A stretch of 24,000 nt of DNA from Promethearchaeota archaeon (GCA_048941015.1 JBHLNZ010000021.1:8263-32262); one strand, 5' to 3'; shown: positions 7,135 through 16,682, numbered from the stretch's first letter. Program-made: numbers and translations. The notes: generated by a model from the letters alone, not told the origin.

Positions 7135-9074
7135 CCTTTTATATAATACTCGTTATATTTTTCATAATTTTCTTTAAGTGAACCATAATAATCGATTGAT
7201 TTTTCACCAACCTTTACTTCATTATTCTCAAGTTTTATGGTGATAAATTTATGCCATTCAGGTGGTTCATTTTTAGGATAATCTGATCGGGTAAAATATA
7301 AATGCTTTGAGCTCGCTTTTCGTGCTAAACAGGAAAAGATTATTATTTTTGCATTAGTTATGATATTTAAAACTTCTAAAGAACGAATTAATTCATGTGG
7401 ATTCTGAGCATATAGTCTTTGCACTTCATTATCTTCCATATTTTCTAATAATCTCAATCCAATTTTTAATAATTCATCACTTTTTACTTTACCACAATAA
7501 TTCTGCATGATTCTTGAAACAGCCATATTAAATTCCTTCCATCCTAATCCATCGCTTCGATTGACGAGTGAATAAATGCGATCTTTTTCAGTCCTGACCT
7601 GTTGAGAATTTATTATCGATTCAGTAGTTTTCATGGCATAATCAGTAGCATGTCTCCCAGCATAATAGCCTGTAGCAGCAGCGTGACCATTACAATCTGA
7701 AGCGAATAATTGATCACCTGCAGCATAAAGACCTTCAAGGTTTGTCCTAAGGTTCCAATCATTTATAATTCCCCCTGGGAGCCCAAAAAGTTGGCGTTCT
7801 CGAGGGAGAAAAGCAGCGGACGTCCATCCTTCTCCATAACTTTGGAGTAAATCTTTATTAGGATCAAATCCAGCATCTGTATAATTCTGAAATATCGGAA
7901 TCTTTGATTTCCCTTCTTCTCCAACCATTAAATCCCAAATTGCTTTCCGTTCAAGTTCGGGCATATTTGGTAAATCTGCATAGAAAGGCAATTTGTATCC
8001 TTTCTTTAGAAGTTCTTCGAAAGGAATAATATCAGGTCCCTGAAATTCATATAAATGAAATTCGGATTCTCCTCCGCCTTTTAGAAAGAATTTTTGTCCT
8101 GGTGCAGGGTAATATCTTAAAGAAACAGTATTAAGAATATTACCGTCCCTATCAATCCAAGGTATTTCTTTACCATTTGCATCAACCATAGAGCAAGCAT
8201 ACCAAGTATTATGAGTATTACCGGTTCCATATGGTGGATAACTGCGTTCGCCTGACCATTGCCCCCTAATAGATTTCTCCATCATTGTGAACTCAACACC
8301 AGCTTTCCAACCCATTGCATGACCATCTCCTGTACATTGTAGTGGTCGAAATTCTGAAATTCCAGGTAATCCAGGAGAAAAGAGCCAAACTCGAGCCGGA
8401 CGAGCCATACATAATATTGTTGCTTTGGCTTTAAATATAAAAAACTCACCTGTTCTGCCATTTACACCTGTAGCTCCAATAACTTTTGCTCCTTGCTTAC
8501 CTGCTTCTGTTAATAAACTTGTTGCCATTGTTCTATCATATATTTCTACACCCAAACGTTTACATTCCTTATAAAGAGCAGGTTTAAAAGTTGATCCCCA
8601 TACTCGCAATGTAAATTTATTTTTATAATCATAAGCAAATAGAAATTTAGTTTTTTCATCTCTAAACTCAGCTGTTTTAAAAGTATCTTCTATATCCCTG
8701 ATTTTTCCACCCATTTTCTCCAAATCTAAAAGTCTTTCATAACCTTCTCGACATTCAATATAATGTGAAATTCCATTATTATAGCCATTATGATCTTTTA
8801 TCATTGCTAAAGTTAATTCTTCAGGGGAAATCAGTGAACATGGATTAGTAGCGGCTGATTCCCAGTGATCACAGCCTGATCCTCCAGCTCCACTTCTTTT
8901 TGTTGCTCCTTTTTCGACTAATAGTACTTTCACTCCTTTTCTGGCTGCTGCAATTGCAGCCCAACAACCTGCTATACCGCCTCCTAAAACTAATATGTCT
9001 GTATTTACCTCACTCTCTTGATAATACTTTATGGGATATGGCCATTCAAGTTTTTGAAAAAGATTTTTTTCCAC
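7131..9074 (-). CDS. FAD-dependent oxidoreductase of the fumarate reductase/AprA-like family
   Basis: 647 aa; DILVLGGGIAGCWAAIAAARKGVKVLLVEKG dinucleotide-binding fold; C-terminal LEGLYAAGDQLFAS...GHAAATGYYAGRHA flavoprotein signature. Confidence 0.85.
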   Translation of the reverse strand: MEKNLFQKLEWPYPIKYYQESEVNTDILVLGGGIAGCWAAIAAARKGVKVLLVEKGATKRSGAGGSGCDHWESAATNPCSLISPEELTLAMIKDHNGYNNGISHYIECREGYERLLDLEKMGGKIRDIEDTFKTAEFRDEKTKFLFAYDYKNKFTLRVWGSTFKPALYKECKRLGVEIYDRTMATSLLTEAGKQGAKVIGATGVNGRTGEFFIFKAKATILCMARPARVWLFSPGLPGISEFRPLQCTGDGHAMGWKAGVEFTMMEKSIRGQWSGERSYPPYGTGNTHNTWYACSMVDANGKEIPWIDRDGNILNTVSLRYYPAPGQKFFLKGGGESEFHLYEFQGPDIIPFEELLKKGYKLPFYADLPNMPELERKAIWDLMVGEEGKSKIPIFQNYTDAGFDPNKDLLQSYGEGWTSAAFLPRERQLFGLPGGIINDWNLRTNLEGLYAAGDQLFASDCNGHAAATGYYAGRHATDYAMKTTESIINSQQVRTEKDRIYSLVNRSDGLGWKEFNMAVSRIMQNYCGKVKSDELLKIGLRLLENMEDNEVQRLYAQNPHELIRSLEVLNIITNAKIIIFSCLARKASSKHLYFTRSDYPKNEPPEWHKFITIKLENNEVKVGEKSIDYYGSLKENYEKYNEYYIKG

Positions 9075-9128
9075 TTCTAGTTTCTCCTCATCTTAAATTT
9101 TTTTAGATTCTATTAATACCCTTAAATT

Positions 9129-9965
9129 TTACTTTACGATGGTTCCACCGGCTCGTTTAAGGGCTTTGTTCAAAAATTCGGATTGAAACCCAGGTGTGTA
9201 ATTCATATATTTTGGTATTGGATATCTTAATCCAGCATTATGAGTTGATTCCAATCCTTCAATCATAATTTCTAATTTGCTGTTTGGAATAGAGAACATA
9301 ACTTCTGAATCTTCAGCTCCACCCCAAACTCTATCACCATTTCCTAAAATTACTAATTGCGGTTCATTGGTCAAAAATGGCTTAATAACCCCCTCATGGC
9401 ATGATCCTGCTCTTCCAGCAGCAGTAAACTCGAATATTCCTCCTTTTAAATAGAGATATGATTGGATTAACCGCATTGCTTGAGCTGGGTTGCAATAAAT
9501 TTGGACTACATCTGGCTCGATTTTGGTTCTGGTCAATGGTGATATAACCAAACCTAAAAATTCGTTATTTAGCAAGTATAAAGTCTTATTCCATTTCTCT
9601 GCTGTTTCAAGATCTTTTGTATACAAACCAACATTAAATTGATTTGAAAAATTTTGAGATTCTTCAGTAATTTGATCCCACCCATATACGCCCCGAGCTA
9701 ATTTGCATACACAATCTTCCTCTGTGATTGCCAATGTCCAACCATAAGAACGAACCATTTTAAAATTTTGACATAAAAAATTCTTTAATTTTAAATCTTT
9801 ACTTAGTCTTTTGCATCCTTCTGGGATTTCGTCTTTTTCTTTAATTAACTTTATAGCAATAGGGAAACTACTCGGTCTTATTAATCTTTCAATTTTTAAA
9901 CCGTATTCTTTAAATTTCGATAACTTTTTACTCATTAAATTACTCAACTCGAATTTAAAATTCAA
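9129..9965 (-). CDS. DUF169 family protein (ArCR/COG2043-like)
   Basis: 278 aa; PIAIKLIKEKDEIPEG, EDCVCKLARGVYGW, YCNPAQAMRLIQSY, GRAGSCHEGVIKPF pattern of DUF169 proteins. Confidence 0.75.
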   Translation of the reverse strand: MNFKFELSNLMSKKLSKFKEYGLKIERLIRPSSFPIAIKLIKEKDEIPEGCKRLSKDLKLKNFLCQNFKMVRSYGWTLAITEEDCVCKLARGVYGWDQITEESQNFSNQFNVGLYTKDLETAEKWNKTLYLLNNEFLGLVISPLTRTKIEPDVVQIYCNPAQAMRLIQSYLYLKGGIFEFTAAGRAGSCHEGVIKPFLTNEPQLVILGNGDRVWGGAEDSEVMFSIPNSKLEIMIEGLESTHNAGLRYPIPKYMNYTPGFQSEFLNKALKRAGGTIVK

Positions 9966-10072
9966 TTAATAAAGAGTATATGTATAAATTAATTTAATTT
10001 ATTGAATTATAATTTAATTTATTGACTAAAATCTAAAAGAATTTTTATAACAATGGTTTAAAATTAATTGTT

Positions 10073-11638
10073 ATGGAAAGATTTATTTCAGAAAGGATTT
10101 CATCTCAGGAAATGGCTATCTTAGATAATAATTCTGAGTGGTTAGGAATACCAAAAAGTCATTTAATGGAGTGCGCAGGATACTCTTTTGCTACTGAAAT
10201 TTATAAAAAGTTCAATTTAGACTCTTATTCAAAAGTTATTATATTTTGTGGAACAGGTAATAATGGAGGGGATGGTTTCGTAGTTGCTCGTCATTTAAAT
10301 TCATATGGAATAAAATCGATAGTGGTTCTAGTTGGTTCTCCTGAAAAAATTAGAACGGATGAAGCAAGACTAAATTGGGAGATTATTTCAGAAAGTCTAG
10401 AAAGTTTAATAGAAATTATAATAATTCATGATTCAACAGATTTTGAAGGGCTTTATAATTTAATCGAGTTGGATAAAAATATTAAATTATTCGTTGATGG
10501 ATTATTGGGAACAGGAATAAAAGGAATGATTAGGGAACCAATTGCCTCAGCGATAGAGTTTATTAATAAAGTTAAGGAAAAAGGTAATATAAAGGTTATC
10601 TCAATCGATATTCCTTCTGGTTTGGATCCAAATACAGGAAATGTTTCAGATAAAGCAATTAAAGCTGACTTAGTAATAACCTTTCATAAATCTAAATATG
10701 GTTTACATCCGAAAACAGAATATGTTAAAGAAATTATTATAAAATCCATAGGTATTCCTCAAGAAGCAAGTTTATTTGTAGGAAAAGGAGATTTATTGCC
10801 AACTTTAAAAGAAAGAAAAGTAGACAATCATAAAGGTCAATTTGGTAGAGTTTTAGTAATAGGAGGATCAAAAAATTACTCTGGAGCACCCGCATATTCT
10901 TCTCTTACTGGGATTCATTTTGGATGTGATTTAGTTATAACATATGTTCCTGAAGTAGTGGGAGATGTTATACGAAGTTATTCTCCAAATATGATCGTTA
11001 GAACAAGTCCAGGAGATTTTTTAGGTACATCTGCATTTGAAGAACTTAAAGAATTAATAGATTGGTCGAATACAATAGTAATAGGTCCCGGGTTAGGAAC
11101 TGAAAAAAAGACTGAAGAATTAATGGTAATGATCTTAGAAAAACTCAAGAAGGATAAAAAATCTTTCGTTTTAGATGCGGATGCCTTAAAATTAGTCAAG
11201 AATCATTTAGAATTAATTAAAAATCAAAATGTAATTTTGACTCCACATGAGGGAGAATTTAAAATAATGATGGATATAGCCTTGCCACCTTTTATTAATA
11301 TAGAGGAAAGGGGGAATATTATTTTCGAGACAGCAAAAAAATATGATCTTACTCTTCTTGTAAAAGGACCTTATGATTACATAAGTAATGGCAAAAAGTT
11401 AAAGATCAATCGAACTGGATGCCCTGAGATGGCTATTGGAGGAACTGGAGATGTTTTAGCAGGATTGTGTGGCTGTTTTTTAACAATTGAAAATGGGAGT
11501 TTTGAATCCGCTTGTTCTGCTGCTTTTCTAAATGGTTATATTGGAGAATTTTGTAAGAATAATATCGGTAATCGTTTTACCACAATGGATTTAATAGCGA
11601 ACATCAATGAAAGTATTTTGAACATTAAAAAAATGTAA
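10073..11638 (+). CDS. nnr: Bifunctional NAD(P)H-hydrate epimerase / ADP-dependent NAD(P)H-hydrate dehydratase
   Basis: 521 aa; YjeF_N (FCGTGNNGGDGFVVARHLNSYG, SIDIPSGLDPNTG) and carbohydrate-kinase-like domain (GRVLVIGGSKNYSGAP, TPHEGEFK, RTGCPEMAIGGTGDVLAG). Confidence 0.95.
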   Translation: MERFISERISSQEMAILDNNSEWLGIPKSHLMECAGYSFATEIYKKFNLDSYSKVIIFCGTGNNGGDGFVVARHLNSYGIKSIVVLVGSPEKIRTDEARLNWEIISESLESLIEIIIIHDSTDFEGLYNLIELDKNIKLFVDGLLGTGIKGMIREPIASAIEFINKVKEKGNIKVISIDIPSGLDPNTGNVSDKAIKADLVITFHKSKYGLHPKTEYVKEIIIKSIGIPQEASLFVGKGDLLPTLKERKVDNHKGQFGRVLVIGGSKNYSGAPAYSSLTGIHFGCDLVITYVPEVVGDVIRSYSPNMIVRTSPGDFLGTSAFEELKELIDWSNTIVIGPGLGTEKKTEELMVMILEKLKKDKKSFVLDADALKLVKNHLELIKNQNVILTPHEGEFKIMMDIALPPFINIEERGNIIFETAKKYDLTLLVKGPYDYISNGKKLKINRTGCPEMAIGGTGDVLAGLCGCFLTIENGSFESACSAAFLNGYIGEFCKNNIGNRFTTMDLIANINESILNIKKM

Positions 11639-11791
11639 ATTATCTTTTTTGTAAATCATTAGTATAAAACGTTGTACCCATAATTTGCACAAATTAATTT
11701 TTTAGATAAAAATTTATTAACATTTAACCTATTATTATAGTAAAGTTACTTTCAATATAATCACTGAGAAAATTTTTGGTTGAGAATATAT

Positions 11792-12643
11792 ATGGGTACT
11801 CAAGTTTTTCTTATAAATCCAGATGGAACCACAACTGAAATAAAATCTGAAGGGTCAATTAAAGATGTTTTAAAAACTGAAGATTGCTATGTTCTAGTTT
11901 CTGATGATATTAGGAAGGTATATCTATGGAAAGGATTGGAGAGCAATGTGAGATCAAAGTTTATTGGTGCCAAAAGGAGCCAAGAAATACGTGGACAAGT
12001 CGGTATGCATTATGCAGTTGTTCCCCAGGATGAAGGGGATGAAGAAGCTGAATTTTTAAAATTAATAGGCGGGAAGACAGAAGGAGGTATAGCTAAAGAA
12101 ATAAAAGCAGAACAAGCGTCTGTTGCTAAACCTGCCCCATCAGTTCACCCACTGAGGGAAAAGGATACTTTTGGAGCTCCAAAGCCAGCCCAAGGTATGA
12201 ATATTGCTGGAAGTAGAGATCGTATTGCTCAAAATACAGGCCCCTTATATAGAGGACAAGAATCTATGTCTATGCTCATGGAGGACGAGGTTAAAATAAA
12301 TTTTGAACAAATAATGCAAAAATTGGAAGAAATTAAAATGCCTGATGGATTTGAAAGGGAATTAATAATTATTGGAAATCATGCTTATTCAGTTGTAGAG
12401 AGAGTACAGACCTTCTTAGGAGAGAAACAAGTAACTAAAGAAATATCGAAGGTAGGAGCTGTCCCTGAGGGAATCTTTTTTGCTGAAGATTATTCTCCAA
12501 GAATTTTATCAGAAAATGGTAAAATTCTAGCTATAGAATTCTTAAAACGGACAACTGGACCAAAAGATACTACAGTTGAATTCAAATCTAAAAAAGAAAT
12601 TTTAAAAGATCAAATAAAAACTCAGCTTGAAGGTAAAAAATAG
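11792..12643 (+). CDS. Gelsolin-like domain protein with second C-terminal domain
   Basis: Track starts at TTG 11780; ATG at 11792 is equally plausible. EDCYVLVSDDIRKVYLWKGLESNVRSKFIGAKRSQEIRGQVGMHYAVVPQDEGDEEAEFLKLIGG matches the gelsolin-domain pattern (cfIlD..ikVYvWkG..a...). Confidence 0.65.
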   Translation: MGTQVFLINPDGTTTEIKSEGSIKDVLKTEDCYVLVSDDIRKVYLWKGLESNVRSKFIGAKRSQEIRGQVGMHYAVVPQDEGDEEAEFLKLIGGKTEGGIAKEIKAEQASVAKPAPSVHPLREKDTFGAPKPAQGMNIAGSRDRIAQNTGPLYRGQESMSMLMEDEVKINFEQIMQKLEEIKMPDGFERELIIIGNHAYSVVERVQTFLGEKQVTKEISKVGAVPEGIFFAEDYSPRILSENGKILAIEFLKRTTGPKDTTVEFKSKKEILKDQIKTQLEGKK

Positions 12644-12860
12644 TTCCATATTTTAATCCTTCTTTTATTTATTAAGTCAATACATGTTATTAATTCATAT
12701 AGATACATATGAACCACAAATCTTTTCATTATAAAAATAGCTAAACTTTAAAACACCTTAACCTATTAGAGGTATAAATATAAGTTTTTATATCTAAAAC
12801 TTTTATTTAATATTAATTGTAAAAAAAAATGATATTAATTAATAGCTAAGGACGCGTATT

Positions 12861-13250
12861 ATGAGCGATTTAACTCCAGAAGAAGCACATTCATTATCAA
12901 AATTTCTTGGGAATATTACTGAACATACTGAACTGGAGGCTCTTGCCTTAGTGACACGTGATGGTTTACGTCTTGCTTTTTCTTGCATTCCAGATTATGA
13001 AGTCGATCCGGATCTATTTTCAAGTCTAAGTGCTGTAGTAATGCAAAGCGGACAGGATGCTATTGATTCTCTGGGTTATACTCATTTATTGGAAGTAGTT
13101 TTAAGAGGCGCAGATGCTTTTATTATTTTGAGTGCTGCTGGGAGATTCTTCTTAATGGGTGCAAGTAGAAAAATTGAAGATTTAGGTAAAATTGTAACGG
13201 TTTTTAGATATTATGCTGGAGAAATCGGGAAACGCTACCCTCTAACATAA
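12861..13250 (+). CDS. Roadblock/LC7 domain protein
   Basis: 129 aa; ELEALALVTRDGLRLAFSC...LSAVVMQSGQDAIDSLGYTHLLEVVLRGADAFIILSAAGRFFLMG. Confidence 0.8.
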   Translation: MSDLTPEEAHSLSKFLGNITEHTELEALALVTRDGLRLAFSCIPDYEVDPDLFSSLSAVVMQSGQDAIDSLGYTHLLEVVLRGADAFIILSAAGRFFLMGASRKIEDLGKIVTVFRYYAGEIGKRYPLT

Positions 13251-13364
13251 GATTTGAATTAAATGCTAATCAATCTGAATTAAGTGATTTTGAAGATATA
13301 ATAATGCTAAAAAATAAATAATACAAATTTTTAAATTGATAATTAAAAAATATAGTGACGTGAC

Positions 13365-15557
13365 ATGAGCGAAATCAAAATTTTTGTTGATGTAAATGAA
13401 GGTACCTCAAATAAAGTTGTTATTTGCCAAGAGAACGCAAACAAGTTAGGACTTTCCGAAGGTGCTTCAGTTGAAGTTGAAAATCCTGATAATAATAAAA
13501 AAGCCACTGCAACTATAGAAATTTCGAATATGGTTTTAGATTTTGCGGGACAGGTTTCAAAGAATGTTGTTGACGAATTGGAATTTGATGGTATTGAATT
13601 AATTATTCGTCCTGTTAGTAGTACTGGTCTAGCAGCTCCTAAATTACAGATACCGAAAGTTCCAACACCCAGACCGATTCCTACAACCCAACCAGGAATT
13701 TCCCAACAATCATCATTAACTCCATTACCCACACCTCCGCCTCAACCTATGCCAACTAGGCCAACACCTCAACCTAAACCGGCACCTACACCACAAGCAA
13801 CACCTATACCTGCTCATCAACCAGTTCCAAAACCTATTCCTCAACCTATGCCTATGCCTACTCCAACACCTCCACCACAGTATACTCCAGCACCTCCAGC
13901 ACCTACACCAGCACCTATCCCTCGAGTTGCTCCAATACCACCACCCCAACCAACGTATGATCAAGCTCCTACACAAGACTATAGTGTATCTTCTGTTCCT
14001 GCAGAACCATACCCTAATAAAATAGATGTCTATATGTTGCAAACTCAAAAGAATGGTATTGTTCTTAAACCCGTTGTTGATGATAATCTTGAAGGAGGAA
14101 GAGTACAAGTGAGTTCTTCCGTTATTCAACAATTAGGACTTGCTCCAGGATTACTAATTGCCTGGGAAGATCCTTTAACTCGTTCTATAGGCTCTGCTAG
14201 AATAGATCAAGCAATGGTTAATCCAGGTGAGATAAGAATGAGTAGAGATACAAAAGAAGATACAAATATCCAAGCTCAACAAATTGTAATTTATTCGACT
14301 GAACCTCCAATTCATAAAGCATCAGAATTAATGCTTGAAGTTCAATCTCAACCAAATTTAATGGGTTATTGTTTAGTTGGGCCTCGTACAATGTATACAC
14401 TATCTATTAAACAAGATGATGTTCTTGCATTTGAGGATGAACTTACAGGGGCTATAGGCGCTGGTAAAGTGGAAATTTCGGATGCCGTTCCACCTAATAG
14501 TATTGTTATCGATAGTGAGATATTAGAAGCATCTGGTATAGGAAGCTTTGAAGTTAAAGTTTCTAAAAATCTCCGTCCTATTATTCCATTACAAAATATT
14601 GCTCTTGGTATTTCTCCAATTTCAGGAGAAAATATGTGGGAAATCATAAGTACTGCTCGACAAAATGTGGATTCGTTAAAAGGATGGTTATCAAATTATA
14701 TCATCTTTAAAGGAATCAAGTTGAGATGGAATGCGGTAAACATAGCATGTTCAATAATCAGAACGGTTCCAGACTTGACTGGGGATGTCTTTGCCCAAAT
14801 TACACCAAATACCGCAATAAATTTAACGCCCACCGGATTAATACCCTTTAATGCAATTCTTATTATTGATATTAGTAGGAGCATGATGGCAAGAGATGTT
14901 TATGTGACTAATATTGCTCCTGCAATAGAAGGAATAAAAGCAGCTATGGAATCTCGAGAAATTCAAGAATTTCTAAAACATTTCAAAGCTGGAATCAATA
15001 TCCCAAGAAGAATTTCAGCAGCTTTTGCAGCGGTTTTGTTTTTAAGTGAAAAAGTTGGGAGAGGTTTTGGTGAAAAGGTCTCAATTATAAGATTTGCAGA
15101 TGAAGCACAAGTATTACCTTTTGGTGGTGGTTTCTATATGGATTCTGCTAGTGGAAAGAAAGGAATTCTTGAAGATGCAGCACGTATGATCGTTGATCGA
15201 ATAGGAAATGCTTATGGACAAGCTACCAATATGGGTCAAGCTATGATTAAAGCTCATCAAGTTTTAGCTGAGTTTGAAAAGATGAGTCCGGATCAGCCAA
15301 CAATGATCGTACTCTTAACGGATGGGATCCCTACGGATGGAGATGATTTCTTCAAATCAGTTAAAGGTTTTGCTGAGAATCCGAATGTGGTCATTTATAT
15401 AGTTGGACTAGGAAATCCTGATGATGAATTAATGATTAGAGCAGCATCGTTATGTGGTGGAGAATACTTTAAACCGGAGGATGCAGGTGAACTATTGATA
15501 TGGTATTCTAAACGAGCAAGAGATCTTACAGTTAAGTTGAAGGCGCATAAAGGTTAA
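13365..15557 (+). CDS. Multidomain protein: Cdc48-N-like double-psi barrels, Pro-rich linker and C-terminal von Willebrand factor A domain
   Basis: 730 aa; N-term NKVVICQENANKLGLSEGASVEVENPDNNKKATATIE, PxP linker (residues 97-202), two further beta-barrel-like segments, and vWA MIDAS motifs DISRSM and LLTDGIPTDGDD. Confidence 0.75.
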   Translation: MSEIKIFVDVNEGTSNKVVICQENANKLGLSEGASVEVENPDNNKKATATIEISNMVLDFAGQVSKNVVDELEFDGIELIIRPVSSTGLAAPKLQIPKVPTPRPIPTTQPGISQQSSLTPLPTPPPQPMPTRPTPQPKPAPTPQATPIPAHQPVPKPIPQPMPMPTPTPPPQYTPAPPAPTPAPIPRVAPIPPPQPTYDQAPTQDYSVSSVPAEPYPNKIDVYMLQTQKNGIVLKPVVDDNLEGGRVQVSSSVIQQLGLAPGLLIAWEDPLTRSIGSARIDQAMVNPGEIRMSRDTKEDTNIQAQQIVIYSTEPPIHKASELMLEVQSQPNLMGYCLVGPRTMYTLSIKQDDVLAFEDELTGAIGAGKVEISDAVPPNSIVIDSEILEASGIGSFEVKVSKNLRPIIPLQNIALGISPISGENMWEIISTARQNVDSLKGWLSNYIIFKGIKLRWNAVNIACSIIRTVPDLTGDVFAQITPNTAINLTPTGLIPFNAILIIDISRSMMARDVYVTNIAPAIEGIKAAMESREIQEFLKHFKAGINIPRRISAAFAAVLFLSEKVGRGFGEKVSIIRFADEAQVLPFGGGFYMDSASGKKGILEDAARMIVDRIGNAYGQATNMGQAMIKAHQVLAEFEKMSPDQPTMIVLLTDGIPTDGDDFFKSVKGFAENPNVVIYIVGLGNPDDELMIRAASLCGGEYFKPEDAGELLIWYSKRARDLTVKLKAHKG
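13653..13970 (+). other. Proline-rich low-complexity linker coding region
   Basis: PTPRPIPTTQP...PTPPPQPMPTRPTPQPKPAPTP...PTPAPIPRVAPIPPPQP. Confidence 0.9.
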
Positions 15558-15687
15558 AGCGTTTTTTTTATTTTATCAATAATTTATGAATACGAGATTT
15601 AAATCTTCTAAATCCCTCAATTTAATTATTTTAAGAACCTAGAAGTCTAGTCCTTTATTTAGGAATGGTGCATAAAAATAAAATAAT

Positions 15688-16098
15688 ATGAAATCAATAT
15701 TACATCATGCTCATCTTTTTGCGTCTAATCTTGATGAGAGTATCAGATTTTACCAACAAATGTTTGGAGCAGAAATTCTTTTTGATCTAGAGTTAGCAGG
15801 GGCTAGAAATGTGATGATTGCTATTGGTCCTTCAAAAATTAACTTCTACGACCAACCTCCTAGAGACAATGGTAAGGGGGCGGTCCACCATCTCGGGATC
15901 GAAACAGACGATTTAGAAGAACTCGTTGAACATATGAAAAGTAAGGGATATCAATTCAGGAAATCAATTAAACATTTAGGTGTTTTGAAGTATACTATAG
16001 CAGAAGCACCAGATCACGTACTTCTAGAACTTTTTGAAGTTGTTAAAGAAAAACTCCCTGAAGATCAATATAAATTGATCTCTAACTTTAAAACTTAA
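15688..16098 (+). CDS. VOC (glyoxalase/dioxygenase-like) family protein
   Basis: 136 aa; ILHHAHLFASNLDESIRFYQQMFGAEILFD...VHHLGIETDDLEELVEHMKSKG...APDHVLLELFE. Confidence 0.8.
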   Translation: MKSILHHAHLFASNLDESIRFYQQMFGAEILFDLELAGARNVMIAIGPSKINFYDQPPRDNGKGAVHHLGIETDDLEELVEHMKSKGYQFRKSIKHLGVLKYTIAEAPDHVLLELFEVVKEKLPEDQYKLISNFKT

Positions 16099-16190
16099 AG
16101 TTATTTTAAATTAAATCGATTTACATAAATAACTCAAATTAGTTTTTAATTTTTTTATTGATTGCTTTTAGAAGAATATTGTTTATATAA

Positions 16191-16200
16191 AATTTTTATA
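16191..16200 (+). promoter_or_regulatory. Candidate TATA box for the AbrB-ACT gene
   Basis: gtttatataa about 50 nt upstream of the ATG at 16249; AT-rich context lowers confidence. Confidence 0.25.
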
Positions 16201-16248
16201 CTTAAATTTTGATAATAATTATAAGTAAAACTAACAAATTTTATTACT

Positions 16249-16650
16249 ATGAAGGAAGTAAAAGTACTATCGATAGACGATCGTGGCAGGATCGTAATTC
16301 CTCAAATAATAAGAAAATCTCTCGGTCTAACCACAAACTCTCAATTAATAATGGTAAGCGATTCAGAAACAAAAGAAATAAAAATCACTCCTATAGGATT
16401 AGGTGGAGAGAAAATTCCAATTAAATTAAGAATTACTATGAAAGATATACCGGGAGCTCTAGCTAAACTTGCGACAACTTTCGGAGAGCATGGTCTAAGT
16501 ATGATGTATAGTGAAGCTGTAATAGTAGAGAAGGATAAGAAAGCTGTATGGACTGTTATTTCTGAAAGCCCCAGCAATTTAAATGAATTAAAAGAAACTT
16601 TAAAAGAGAAGGGAGAAGCAATAGAAGTTGAAGTTTTACCTTTAGAATAG
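16249..16650 (+). CDS. AbrB/SpoVT-like DNA-binding domain fused to ACT domain; putative regulator
   Basis: 133 aa; KVLSIDDRGRIVIPQIIRKSLGL...SQLIMV swapped-hairpin motif followed by KLRITMKDIPGALAKLATTFGEHGLSMMYSEA ACT motif. Confidence 0.75.
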   Translation: MKEVKVLSIDDRGRIVIPQIIRKSLGLTTNSQLIMVSDSETKEIKITPIGLGGEKIPIKLRITMKDIPGALAKLATTFGEHGLSMMYSEAVIVEKDKKAVWTVISESPSNLNELKETLKEKGEAIEVEVLPLE

Positions 16651-16682
16651 TATAAAAAAATAATAAAAACAACCGCAATTTA

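Noticed and set aside
8900-9106. 68-aa plus-strand ORF, and a second at 6871-7092
   Set aside because: Antisense to the AprA-like flavoprotein and the ferredoxin, both strongly supported.
10073-11638. Possibility of novelty in the large YjeF-type protein
   Set aside because: Both domains have canonical motifs; bifunctional Nnr is ordinary in Archaea.
13343-14132. Minus-strand ORFs 13343-13732 and 13725-14132, the latter rich in Arg/Trp/Cys
   Set aside because: Composition is explained by complementing Pro-rich codons of the vWA-protein linker; no domain signal.
15688-16098. VOC protein as part of a resistance system
   Set aside because: Nothing in the neighbourhood supports a specific substrate; generic glyoxalase-fold protein.
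16209-16424. 71-aa plus-strand ORF overlapping the AbrB-ACT gene
   Set aside because: Overlaps the clear AbrB-ACT frame and is Asn/Arg/Lys-rich (KKISRSNHKLSINNGKRFRNKRNKNHSYRIRW), typical of an out-of-frame read.
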